DNA of 63,276 nucleotides, filler included, from Diploschistes diacapsis (lineage: Eukaryota), in the NCBI GenBank assembly GCA_023645945.1. It is 5 parts of 5 records of this genome, joined end to end, with 100 filler letters (N's around TTAATTAATTAA, not from the genome) between each part and the next. Parts side by side here need not be neighbours in the genome. Positions count along the whole stretch, not along the records: positions 1 to 12,589 come from JALAIB010000723.1; 4 more parts are not named here. The stretch is one strand, 5' to 3'. Position 1 is the stretch's first letter. Every line of letters starts with the position of its first letter. Shown here piece after piece: positions 1-10,077 of the stretch. Made by a program: the position numbers and the translations under genes. The notes below the pieces were generated by a model that worked only from the letters and a program-made list of their open reading frames with translations, was not told where the DNA came from and made no database searches.

Positions 1-261
1 AATTAAGGATGTTTATGAAAGAGAACTTATTAGAACTAAAAAAAATTATAATAATTAAATCTATATAAACAGTTCCTATTAAACATTTTTTTTAATTTAA
101 TCGTTTAATAAGAATCGGAGTCTTATTTAGTGAATGAATTCATTAAGTAATTAAGCATATACTAATGGTTCCGTAAGTCACGTGCCCAGGCGTAGCCTAT
201 TTAGTCTAAGTACAAAAAATGGTTGGGATGTGCCAAGTCGTATAGTACTTGGATCGTAACA
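1..261 (-). mobile_element. AT-rich, RIP-degraded transposon end (probable LTR terminus), truncated at the window start
   Basis: Very AT/TpA-rich. Ends in GGATCGTAACA at 261; the reverse complement TGTTACGATCCAAGTAC...GACTTGGCACATCC matches the sequence starting at 37479. Confidence 0.6.
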
Positions 262-340
262 ACGTCTAAGCTATAAATGTATCTCATGTAGAAGGAACTT
301 GGAATAGGTTTAGCGCGTCTCGGGTCGCTACTTTCTCGTA

Positions 341-372
341 TATCGGACACTCAAAGTATCGGACACGCAAAG
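341..372. repeat. 16-bp tandem direct repeat TATCGGACAC(T/G)CAAAG x2
   Basis: Copies at 341-356 and 357-372 with one mismatch. Confidence 0.85.
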
Positions 373-665
373 TACACCGTCCTGCGGGCTTTTCGGCGCT
401 TGGCTCAAAAACCCGTCCGCACTTTCGTGGGTCTCCTTTGTTCCCTGAAATCAGGAAATCATAAGAAAAGCACGTACCTAGCATCTAGATACGGCTTTGT
501 CAGCTTTGCATCTCTATGCCGCCCCCGGCCAGCTGGTGGCCTCGCTCGATGAGTCAACGACTTAGTGGTGCTACAGTATCGACGCTGGTGGAGCGGTGGC
601 CAGTCAATGAAGTTGTGTGGTTTAAAGTGATGTACCACAGCAACATGGATTGACGCGGGCGAAGC

Positions 666-672
666 TATAAAA
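666..672 (+). promoter_or_regulatory. Putative TATA box of the monooxygenase gene
   Basis: TATAAAA 125 nt upstream of the ATG at 791. Confidence 0.4.
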
Positions 673-790
673 GATGGGGACCCGCTCCTTTGATGGTCCA
701 TAGTACTGACGGCAAACTCTCCGAATTACCAAGAGTATAATTTACAAGCTCGACAACTTTGCTCAGATCGACTTCCAAGCAGCGACAAAT

Positions 791-2023
791 ATGCACTTCA
801 ACCGCAACATCGCCATCATTGGAGCAGGTCCCGGTGGACTAACCCTCGGTCGCCTTCTTCATTTGGCAGGAATTCCTTTCGCCATCTTCGAGGGCGAAGC
901 AAACGCTGCTGTTCGCGGCCAAGGAGGTACCCTTGATCTGCATGAAGATACCGGTCTCCTTGCTATAAAGAAAGGAGGACTTTGGGATGCGTTCAAGAAA
1001 TACGTACGCTACGATGGCGAGGCTGTCATTCTGTCGGACAAGGAGTTCAACAAGATCTACGAGAAGGATGGTGCGGCTGGTGAGCAAGACAGCACAGGAC
1101 GTCCGGAGATCGACAGGAAGCGCTTGAGGGAGATCTTGCTGGAAAGCGTGCCGGCCGAGAAAATCCTGTGGGGGAGGAGGCTGAAGAGTTTAGGTGAAGA
1201 CTTCACTCTCACGTTCCAGGATGGAAGCACAGAGAGCGGATTTGATCTTGTGGTTGGCGCAGACGGTGCATGGAGCAAGGTTCGCCCGTTGCTTACTGAC
1301 GTCAAGCCCTTCTATACCGGTATCAACGGCATTGCGCTTCAAATAGTCAATGCTGAAAGCCGAGCTCCTGATCTATACAAGATGGTCAATAAGGGTAGCG
1401 TGTTCTCTTTCAGTGACGGCAAGTCTATTGTAGCGCAGTACAACGGCGATGGTTCGGTACAGGTCAGCACATGGTTCCGAGCGCCAGAGGACTGGAGTCA
1501 GATGACCGACAAGGATGTTAAAGACAATGCCCAAACCAAAGTATTTTTAGGAGAAATTTACACCGAGTGGTCGCCTCATTTGAAGGCTCTTTTTGAGCGT
1601 GCCGACAACGATTACAACGTCGAGCGAAGCTTGTATATGCTTCCTGTCGATCACCGCTGGTCTCATCGACGAGGCGTGACCCTGCTCGGCGATGCAGCTC
1701 ATCTCATGACGCCATTTGCTGGTGAAGGAGTCAACGTCGCCATGACGGACGCCATGCACCTCGCCGATGCAATCATCAAGAGTGCCGAGCCGGACGATTT
1801 TGATGCTAATGTCAAGGCGTTCGAGGAAGAAATGTTCGTTCGAGCTGGGGAGGTGCAGGCACTCACCAAAGCCAATATGGACGACTTCTACTCCACCGAG
1901 CCCTTTCATGTCTGGATGCCGAGGGTAGCGCAGAGGATGGTACCAACAGCGACGGGCGTGATTTTCTCTGACAGCAACTCACCTGATACGAAGGAGATAG
2001 TAGCTGAGGCAGCAAAGGAGTAA
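791..2023 (+). CDS. FAD-dependent monooxygenase, TetX-like (group A flavoprotein), intronless, 410 aa
   Basis: GAGPGG Rossmann motif, GGTLDLH, RPEIDR, DLVVGADGAWSKVR (DG motif), GDAAHLMTPFAGEGVNVAM (GD motif). Confidence 0.9.
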   Translation: MHFNRNIAIIGAGPGGLTLGRLLHLAGIPFAIFEGEANAAVRGQGGTLDLHEDTGLLAIKKGGLWDAFKKYVRYDGEAVILSDKEFNKIYEKDGAAGEQDSTGRPEIDRKRLREILLESVPAEKILWGRRLKSLGEDFTLTFQDGSTESGFDLVVGADGAWSKVRPLLTDVKPFYTGINGIALQIVNAESRAPDLYKMVNKGSVFSFSDGKSIVAQYNGDGSVQVSTWFRAPEDWSQMTDKDVKDNAQTKVFLGEIYTEWSPHLKALFERADNDYNVERSLYMLPVDHRWSHRRGVTLLGDAAHLMTPFAGEGVNVAMTDAMHLADAIIKSAEPDDFDANVKAFEEEMFVRAGEVQALTKANMDDFYSTEPFHVWMPRVAQRMVPTATGVIFSDSNSPDTKEIVAEAAKE

Positions 2024-3141
2024 CATTCTTGAGTACGGCTGGGGGGAACACTTGTAGATAGTGCGGAATAAAAGGGAGGAACTATAGACATAGCAGCCTT
2101 TATAGGAGTCAGCATGGCACTCTGCCTTCATACAGGGCCCGAAAAGAAAAGAAAACTCCTACCCACGTGCCCATCCAATTGCCACATCCAGGCCCAAGCT
2201 TTGTGCACAACATACTTCACCAGACTACCAAATCCCCCACGAGATAAGCTCTACAACCGCCCAAGCCGCCCAGAAGCGTTCCACAAACTCCATCTTTCGC
2301 TGTTTTCAGCTCAATTCAGCCTCTACAAGATCCATCATAAACGTGGAGACGAAACCCATACAGAATTGCGACCCTCAGATAGGCTCAATCATGGCCCTTC
2401 TGCCAGACATGCAGTCCCTTGGTTGCTCTAACTCTGATCTACTAAACCCGGGAACCCCGGTTAAGACGTTGGGCTACGGGGGGGTTGAATCACCACCCAG
2501 CACCTGTCGCCAGGTCAGCTGGAAGTGGGAACAACACGCAAATGGTGCCTTAGGTTTTCTTGTCGGTACATGGCGCGCCGAAAAGGTGCCCTTGAGTGCC
2601 CGCGGTGAATCTTCATAAAGAAGGCGAGACTGGGGGTCAAAGGACTGCGACGGTCCTGGATATTCGAGGAACTCAGTGGTATTTCAGGTATTCGGGTCGC
2701 AATTGTGAGAGTTGAAAAACCGATTCTTGTTGGGCTGCGGTTTGTGGCTCGTGTTGTTACGGTAGGGAATGAAGTGAAAGAGGTAGGTGCCTTGGTTTGA
2801 GTTAGCGGGAGGCACAACCGAAGGCACCCATGGGCTAAACCTTCTGGCACCCCCCCGACTTCCATCCCACGGCACTTCGAGTCTCGCACTTCTCCTTTCC
2901 CTGCTACTTACCGCAACAACGCATTCCTCCCTTTCTACCGATCCCAAGAGAAGCTCGGCGCAAAAACTTACTATCTCTGCTACATCTTCTCTTCCAGCTC
3001 AATGAATCAGGCAAGCGATGCCCAATGCCACCGCAGGAAGGGGTACATAGCATACAAATAATTGAACGCTCCCCAGCCGCCTCCTCACTCATCACTCTCT
3101 CCTTCTTCCCAAACCCTTCAACCGTACCCTCAATTTCCATA

Positions 3142-4680
3142 ATGGGCGGCAACACACGTAGCAAAGCCGTACTACGCAGTAACGGCCAAGAGCAAACCCA
3201 AACCCAAACCCGCAGCCAGCTCGTGCGCCTCTCGCCAAAGATATGGGAACGCAACCGCGCCCTCATCCTCCGGCTCTACGAGACCCACAGCTTGGCCGAG
3301 GTCATAGGCACCATGGAGCGCCGGCACGGCTTCAAGGCTTCGAAGATGGCGTACAAGAAGAAGCTTGGTCGGTGGGGGGCGACGAAGAAGCAGCAGCAGC
3401 AGCAGGAGGAGGGTGTGTCTCTGGTGGGCGACGATGTGTCGTCAGAAGGCACTCGGGAGCACCCCGTTGCCATAGAGGCTGATGCTGTCGCTGCGACTCC
3501 TGAGCCTGAACCGGAGACTGCGGTTACTACAAGTGAAGCGACGATGGACACGATACCCGTCGATCCGGGTGCGGAAGACGTGAGTGACAGTTACGAAGCC
3601 GGACAATTCGGCGATCTACAAGAGAAACTCTTCGGCTCGCTCTTCAGCGACTCGAGGATGCCCTCCAAGGAGAAGGTAAGGAACGCTCTGGACGCGCTTT
3701 TCGAACAGCACATGAAGAGCATGGATCTCTTCAGCGTCCAGCGGATCCTGTCCGCTTACGATTTTGTGTTCGGGCCCGAGTCGGCGCTGTGCCTGGAACG
3801 GACCAGGGGTTTCTGTGTGGTGGCGTCAGCGGTCGAGGAGCCTGTGGCTGACCACGCGAGGCTGTACATCCGCACCATTGCAATCTTGTCCGACAATACT
3901 GCGGCTCTTGGAGAGAGTTGGAACCCGAGCGCCGACGTCAAGGCCGCCATCAATTTCTGGCTTTCGGAACTCATAGACGGAGAGATGCTCTTGAGGCTGA
4001 CGGCTAGGATATCGAGGCTTTATGCGAGAGATAAGCCTGGACTTTGTCCGGCACTGGAGCCTTACCTTGAGCTGGCAGAGCGCTGCCCATTGAGTGATAG
4101 AGCTGATATGTTGATCTGGAGTTCTTTGGAGAAGATGCTGCAAGCGATGTACGATCGTCTCAAATCCATCCCGTTGTCCGATGAAGAAGATCACTTTGTC
4201 ACGCGTCTCTTGACGTTCGTGTGGAGGAAGGAGCAGAGTGACAAGACCTTTCTAGCACATGGGATGGGGCTTGTCCGCATCTACGACCAGATCAAAGACA
4301 GCATGCATATCAGCGCGAACTTTCACGGTATCTTGCTGGCTTGCATCATGATTCAAGCATACATTCGCGACGCTAATTGTCCGCCGAACCGGGACATGTT
4401 AATCCCGAATTGGTTTGGCGCTATGCGGGAGCGGATGAAAATGATTGTGTCCAAAGATCAGTTGCGGTTCATTCAAGATATGCTATGCAGACTTGCCACA
4501 GACTGCAGGAAGGGACAGGATTGGCTCCATGACGACTTCTATGGCCTGGCCTCGATCTTGAAAACACACCTTGCAAAATTGTGTTGGGACGTCTTTTGCG
4601 CCATTGAGGACTGTGGATTTGAAGCTATCGATTTGCAGACGTCAGACGGAGAGCCGAAGATTGACAATTTCTATGCTTGA
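3142..4680 (+). CDS. Clr5-domain protein with uncharacterised helical C-terminal region
   Basis: WERNRALILRLYETHSLAEVIGTMERRHGFKASKMAYKKKLGRWGATKK fits the Clr5 pattern W...I..LY.....L..V...M...HGF.AS...YK.....WG..K. Start is likely ATG 3142; the ORF is open from 3025. Confidence 0.75.
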   Translation: MGGNTRSKAVLRSNGQEQTQTQTRSQLVRLSPKIWERNRALILRLYETHSLAEVIGTMERRHGFKASKMAYKKKLGRWGATKKQQQQQEEGVSLVGDDVSSEGTREHPVAIEADAVAATPEPEPETAVTTSEATMDTIPVDPGAEDVSDSYEAGQFGDLQEKLFGSLFSDSRMPSKEKVRNALDALFEQHMKSMDLFSVQRILSAYDFVFGPESALCLERTRGFCVVASAVEEPVADHARLYIRTIAILSDNTAALGESWNPSADVKAAINFWLSELIDGEMLLRLTARISRLYARDKPGLCPALEPYLELAERCPLSDRADMLIWSSLEKMLQAMYDRLKSIPLSDEEDHFVTRLLTFVWRKEQSDKTFLAHGMGLVRIYDQIKDSMHISANFHGILLACIMIQAYIRDANCPPNRDMLIPNWFGAMRERMKMIVSKDQLRFIQDMLCRLATDCRKGQDWLHDDFYGLASILKTHLAKLCWDVFCAIEDCGFEAIDLQTSDGEPKIDNFYA

Positions 4681-5817
4681 ATCCAGAGCAAGAGACTGAA
4701 AACGGTTCACGGTGATAAATAACGCGATATACATCGTCTTGGAGTGCTAACCAGGATACTGATGAGAGAAGCGTTACTTCGTATCGCTTGGAGAGCACAA
4801 ACCGTACTTGCGCGGTAGTATCGAGAAATTGAACAGACCGGTTCGAGGATTTGCCAGCAGTGAAGGCATTCTTCCCTTCCTTGGCTACTCCCATACCCAG
4901 TAACAGAAGTTCGTGTGAGCCAAATGAGGACTAGTAAGTGTAACTTCTCAGTATGAGTTCGGTCGAAGATACTAAGAGAACAACAATAGACTAGGAGAAC
5001 AAAACACGGTGGTAACACTCGATTACAAGACGAAGCTGAAGATGCAAAAGAAGCACATGAAGTGGAGCCCCTTAAACCGAGGGCTGCGGATGACAGATGG
5101 CACCGGCGCTTGAAAGTGTAACCTAAATGTTGAGACAAGGGAAGTTTGAATGTTGCGTAGTAGCCTAGCTCGTTGTATAGTGCCTCAAATCTACTACCGT
5201 AATAAAGAAAGGAAAGGATGAGAGGCAAGATTTCAAAGACAAACACTTGGTTATCATAACCGTCAATGCGTTCCCTTCCAAGTAATTTGCAGCAAGAAAG
5301 TGCGAAGAGAGCCTGATGCGACCAATGTTCTACTACGCAACGGGGCTTTAACCTACAAAAGATGTAAACCAGCATACAAGACTATTCCATTGAGACAACC
5401 AACCGTTTTTATGACTTACATGAAATAGCAGCATGGCATTGCCTCAAGTCGCTTCTACAATGCTTCGAGTAATTAACTAGTGCGGATCAAACTCACCGAT
5501 TTGATCTATGAGCCCCCGATGTCCGAAGTAATATCGCCCATCCTCAACAGCCATCAGTGAATGACCGGAAATTGTCTCAACCGACTCACCCCATAAACGC
5601 CGTGATTCTTGCAGTTACCCTGTATGCAGCGGTACTATTACCATGGAGTGGCCGCAATAAGCCACGATAGGAGCAACTAATACGGTGATCAATGTCCCGT
5701 AAGCCAAACGATCCACTATAGACTTAGCTGAATCCTTCCTTGACCAAAATTGAAATTGGCGTTGAACGAGGTCAATAAACATGCCACGGTCCGCAGCTGT
5801 TGTCTCCCGCAGGGTCC

Positions 5818-7260
5818 TCATGATCCGCTAGCGACTCCAGTCACTGCAGGAGCAGGCTCATCCAATACAGTCTTCTCCCTTTCTTTGGGATCGAATGCAT
5901 ACCTGGGCAGCTTTGCCATCTTCTCCTCTGGGCTGACCTCGTTGTCAGAGTAGACTAACTTAACATCCTTGTCTTTATCCTTCTTCGCTTTCTTCTCAGG
6001 TTGCGCATCGCCGCCTTTACCATCCTCTTTGAGCTCGTTAGAGACAGCTCCCACAGGTGCTTGAGTGGATAATTGTGCACCATCGTCGCCAGGTGGAGCA
6101 TTTGGCGGGCCGTCATTCTGATAGGTAAGAAGCTGCTGTTCATTGAATGGCAGCCCAGAAGAGCCGGGGATCTGACCGTGATGCATCTGCTGCATTTGAA
6201 AGTTACTCACAGGAGGTGCGCCAAAAGTGGGACGCTGAGGTAACCCGGGAGCGGCAGGTAAATTGCTAGGACGCTGGGGCTGGGATGCACCCTGAAGTGG
6301 AGGTGGAGATACTTGAAAAGGAACTGAAGGCGAATTCGCCCCAAAGGCACGGATGGGCACATTTTGAGGTTGGGCAAGTGGAGGTCCGGCCTGGTATTGA
6401 GATGGCGGGGCATAAGCAGCACTGTTCGGGGGCTGATACGGTTGGGGAGGTGCGAATTGTGGCTGCTGTCCGAATGAGGGTCCCGGCGGTGACCCATATG
6501 CTGCAGGCGGCTGGAACGTTGGCGCTGGTTGCCCATAAGGCTGGGGAAAGCCATTGAATCCCGGTACAGGTGGGCCAGCAAACGGTTGGCCGTAGCCTGC
6601 AGATGACCCAGACTGGTATTCGGTTAGAGGTGAAATATAGGGAGTGCTTGCCAGACTCACATATCCTGGAGGCTGGCCGAAACCAGGGCTCTGACCTCCC
6701 AAGGGGTCCATCGGAGTTGGCTCTATGTTGTTGGAGGCGGCAGCAGCTTCCTCGGCCTTCTTAGCCTTGTGTTCAGCTAGTCGCTTCTTCAGGTCAGAAG
6801 GAGACTCAAGCTTGGCTTTCTTTGCAGGGTTCGCGCTCGATGAACCCGGAGCTGTATTGCCCGTTGCTGCACGGCGATCTGCCTCAGCTTGAGAGAACTG
6901 CGCGATTACCCGCTGATTATGACTTTGCGTAACATCGTCTGGGATACCTTCCATTCCAAATATCTCGACCTCAAGGCCAGCGCGGTTGGGCAGAGCATTC
7001 TCGATAGCACCTAAGCTTTCTTTATGAACCTGGGTCATATGAACCGACAGACCTGCGATCGTTAGCTTAGTCGGATATTACAGCACAGGCTTCTAACCTC
7101 CAGCCGTATTCAGTCTTCTGTTGCATCTATCGCACTTAAAGTGCTTTGCTTTCTGGTGGTTTATGAGGATCTTGAGGTCGTCAAAGTCTCTTTCGCAGTA
7201 ATAACACCACGGCCTCTGCAAGACCTCTTCCAGGCTGGGGTGATTACGCTTCTTGCCCAT
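5818..7260 (-). CDS. C2H2 zinc-finger protein, ZNF207/BuGZ-like
   Basis: Exon 1 (7260-7098) encodes MGKKR...[38 protein letters not shown]. After intron 7097-7053 it continues [28 protein letters not shown]. Second intron 6660-6613. P/Q-rich middle and C-terminal [20 protein letters not shown]. Confidence 0.9.
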
Positions 7261-8794
7261 CTCTGCTATTGATGCGGCGATTAGAGATCAGCAAGATATG
7301 GAAGATAATGAATGCAAGAGTATAGTGTGACAAAGATTGTCAGGGTGCTGTTGTAGCTTGATGTGGATCAAAAAAAGTTGCGTGCAAGCCCAAGATGGTC
7401 TTGTCCGTTATACTTTGCGACGTGAATAGGGCGGTCACTGCGCTAACCCTCAAAAGGCTGAGCGTCGGGTTACCGATCGGACCGACTCAAGAAGCTGAGG
7501 GCTAAACTGACGGACAACTAAAAGGTATCACCACGTCAATTAAGATCCTTAGAGGCTCATCAGCAATCTGGATAACGAAGATTCCACTCTCAGTCAATGA
7601 TACTATACTTTGCAAGAATCACGTTCAAAGAAGAATAGTCATAAAGCTCACTTTTACAGGTCAAACCTTTAGCTTGCTCCGAATATCCCGGAAAAGCTAA
7701 GTTCTACCCCCGAGCTATCGAGACGAAAGAAAGAAAATGATTTGGCCTCCTGCGGTTGGTCTTTCTTGCTGAGTGAGACTGAGAAGCCTCCTTGTTGAAT
7801 CTTCTCTGAACATGCCGCATTTTCCATCAAAGTTACGTAGCAAGGGTAGCCCACGTTGGGGTCGGATCACGAAATCCAAATTTTGTCCTGCTGTCACAGA
7901 ATCTTGATCATGTAGATTTTATGATCCCCATTCGGCGTCATCGGGAGAATAAGGTCGCCATACAAACAAAGGGTGCGTGTAATGACCCTCCAGTCCTGTC
8001 CAATGAGCCGGGGCGACAGCCTCTTTATTTATGCATACCCTCCAAGCAGAGTGGGGCGGCTCGTTGATGGGAAGGGAATACAGAGCTAGATAAGGAACGT
8101 GCTGGCTCTCGCAAAACATAATGTAATACGCAGTCACGGATGATTGGGAACAACTTCCTCCTTAAATGGCATTTGATCATTCGTTGGTTTCCTTCGAGAC
8201 ATGGCGCTAAGGCACCCGCTCTCTTCCTCTATATCTGTGCAACTGTCTCCCTTTTGTCTTCGCTGCGAGCAGACAAAACGAACAAGCAAACATGTGGATA
8301 GAAAAGTAAACCATGTGGGGTATCACAAAATGCAGCAAAGAGCCTATCAAAAAACAAATCAAAGAGCAAGCCTCAAACATACTCCATCATCTGCATGTAA
8401 GCAAGCGCCCCTTTTTGTCCCCGCAAGAGATGTGAAAGGCCCTCTGATTCTTCTATCCAACTTTCTCGGAACGATGCGCATTGTTATTGTTATAAATAGT
8501 CCTGCGGTGATGTTCATAAATTACCGAAGAAGTAGAAGTAGAAGCGCCATTGCTACCCTTTTAATTTTGCAAATTGCTTTGGGATGTTAATTGTCATGAA
8601 ATGCTTCATGTACCGTCGATATTCCTGAAAGAAGGACGAGCGCCAAACGCTCGGATGCTGCCAAAGTTACGAATAAAAATTCTTGCCAGAGAAATGCCGT
8701 AATATGGTCCGGAAAACGCCCCAGAGGAACGAAGTCTAATATCCGCGCTATGCAGTCGAGATCATAACAAGTCGTTAAATAAATGAGAATTCTA

Positions 8795-10077
8795 TCATCC
8801 GGGAGGACTAGTTCCGTCTCCCCAGATATCCAAGTCTCCCGTCCACATCGTCCTCGTCACGGGCTCTCCATCGGGCGATGACGGGAACTTGAGGCTGTGG
8901 AAGACCACCTGCGTGCTGTCTATGCCACAGTCCAGGCCACCGGGGCCGACAAGTTTGCCCGCCGCATCACCTGTCTTGAGAAGAGGCGCGTTGCTTCTTG
9001 CGAACGGTCCCTTGACGCTGGACGAGGTCGCGTACGATACATCGTAGGCGGGTGTCGTGAAGACGTTGCTGGAGTAAAAGAGGACATAGACGGGCGGCTT
9101 GGAGGTGTCGTTGGAAGTATAGCGCGCCATGGCCGGGGCTTCTACAAGCGGACCGTCTGCGTCGGTGCGGTCGAGGAGCTGGGTTGGTTCACCAATAAGA
9201 GTGACACCGTCGGCTGCGACCTGCTGGAGCAGGATGGGCGTTGAGTGAAGCGCTGTGTCAGGTCTGTTCAACGAGTTGCCGTCAACCTTGTAGATGAGGT
9301 AACGCGTGCCGTCAGCATCCTTGTAGCCTTCTGGGTCGATGGCACCACCTTGATCGAGAGGGCAGACGAGCGCAGTGTCTGAAGGGGTGTAGGGGCCTGT
9401 CACGTTGGTGGCGGTCGCGTAGCCGATGCAATGCTTGGAGGTGTCGGCATTTGAGATGGCAGAGTAGTAGAGCATGAATGTGCCGTCGTCGAGCCGAACT
9501 ACATCCGGGGCCCAGACCTGAAAGCCGGCGGACCAGGCGCCGACCGTGGGGAGGGCGTCTTGGCCGTCAAGGAGCTCCCAAGACTCGAAGTCGGCAGATT
9601 TGGCAACCTGAATGTTCACCTGTCCCATCGACGGTCCCTTGACGAACTTGTTTGTCGCGAAGGCCCAGAAAGTGTCGTTGATCCTGATGTAAGCGGGATC
9701 AGCGAAATTGCTGTCGACTGCGGGACCATCGATACTATTATTCGAGGGAGGAGAGGGCTGTGGAGGAGTAGCCTGAGGAGCGGAATTTTTGTTGACACTG
9801 CTCCCCTTTCCTACAGCACCCTTTCGCAGACCGAAGTGGAGGCCAAGGCCGAGCGCTAGAATCATCAAGTCAGCTTTGGGTGAATGGCATTGTGATTCTT
9901 TGGGAACCAAGCTCATGACTTACCAAGAGCTAATATTACAGCGACTGCTATACCACTAGAGACCCATATTACAAGACGTCTTCGGCCTGGGCTATTCGCC
10001 GTTGCAGACGGCTTTAAAGAATTCACACCCTTCTCGACGTCGGGTGGTAGGGGGGAAGTGTCATTGTCGTCGGCCAT
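8795..10077 (-). CDS. Glycoside hydrolase family 43 (arabinanase/xylosidase-like) with N-terminal membrane anchor
   Basis: Exon 1 10077-9924 (MADDND...RRRLVIWVSSGIAVAVILAL), intron 9923-9856. Catalytic motifs FADP, WAPDV, AIDP and VEAP are present. Confidence 0.88.

Noticed and set aside
4707..5375. 222-aa minus-strand ORF
   Set aside because: No recognisable motif; lies between convergent gene ends and is probably UTR or intergenic.
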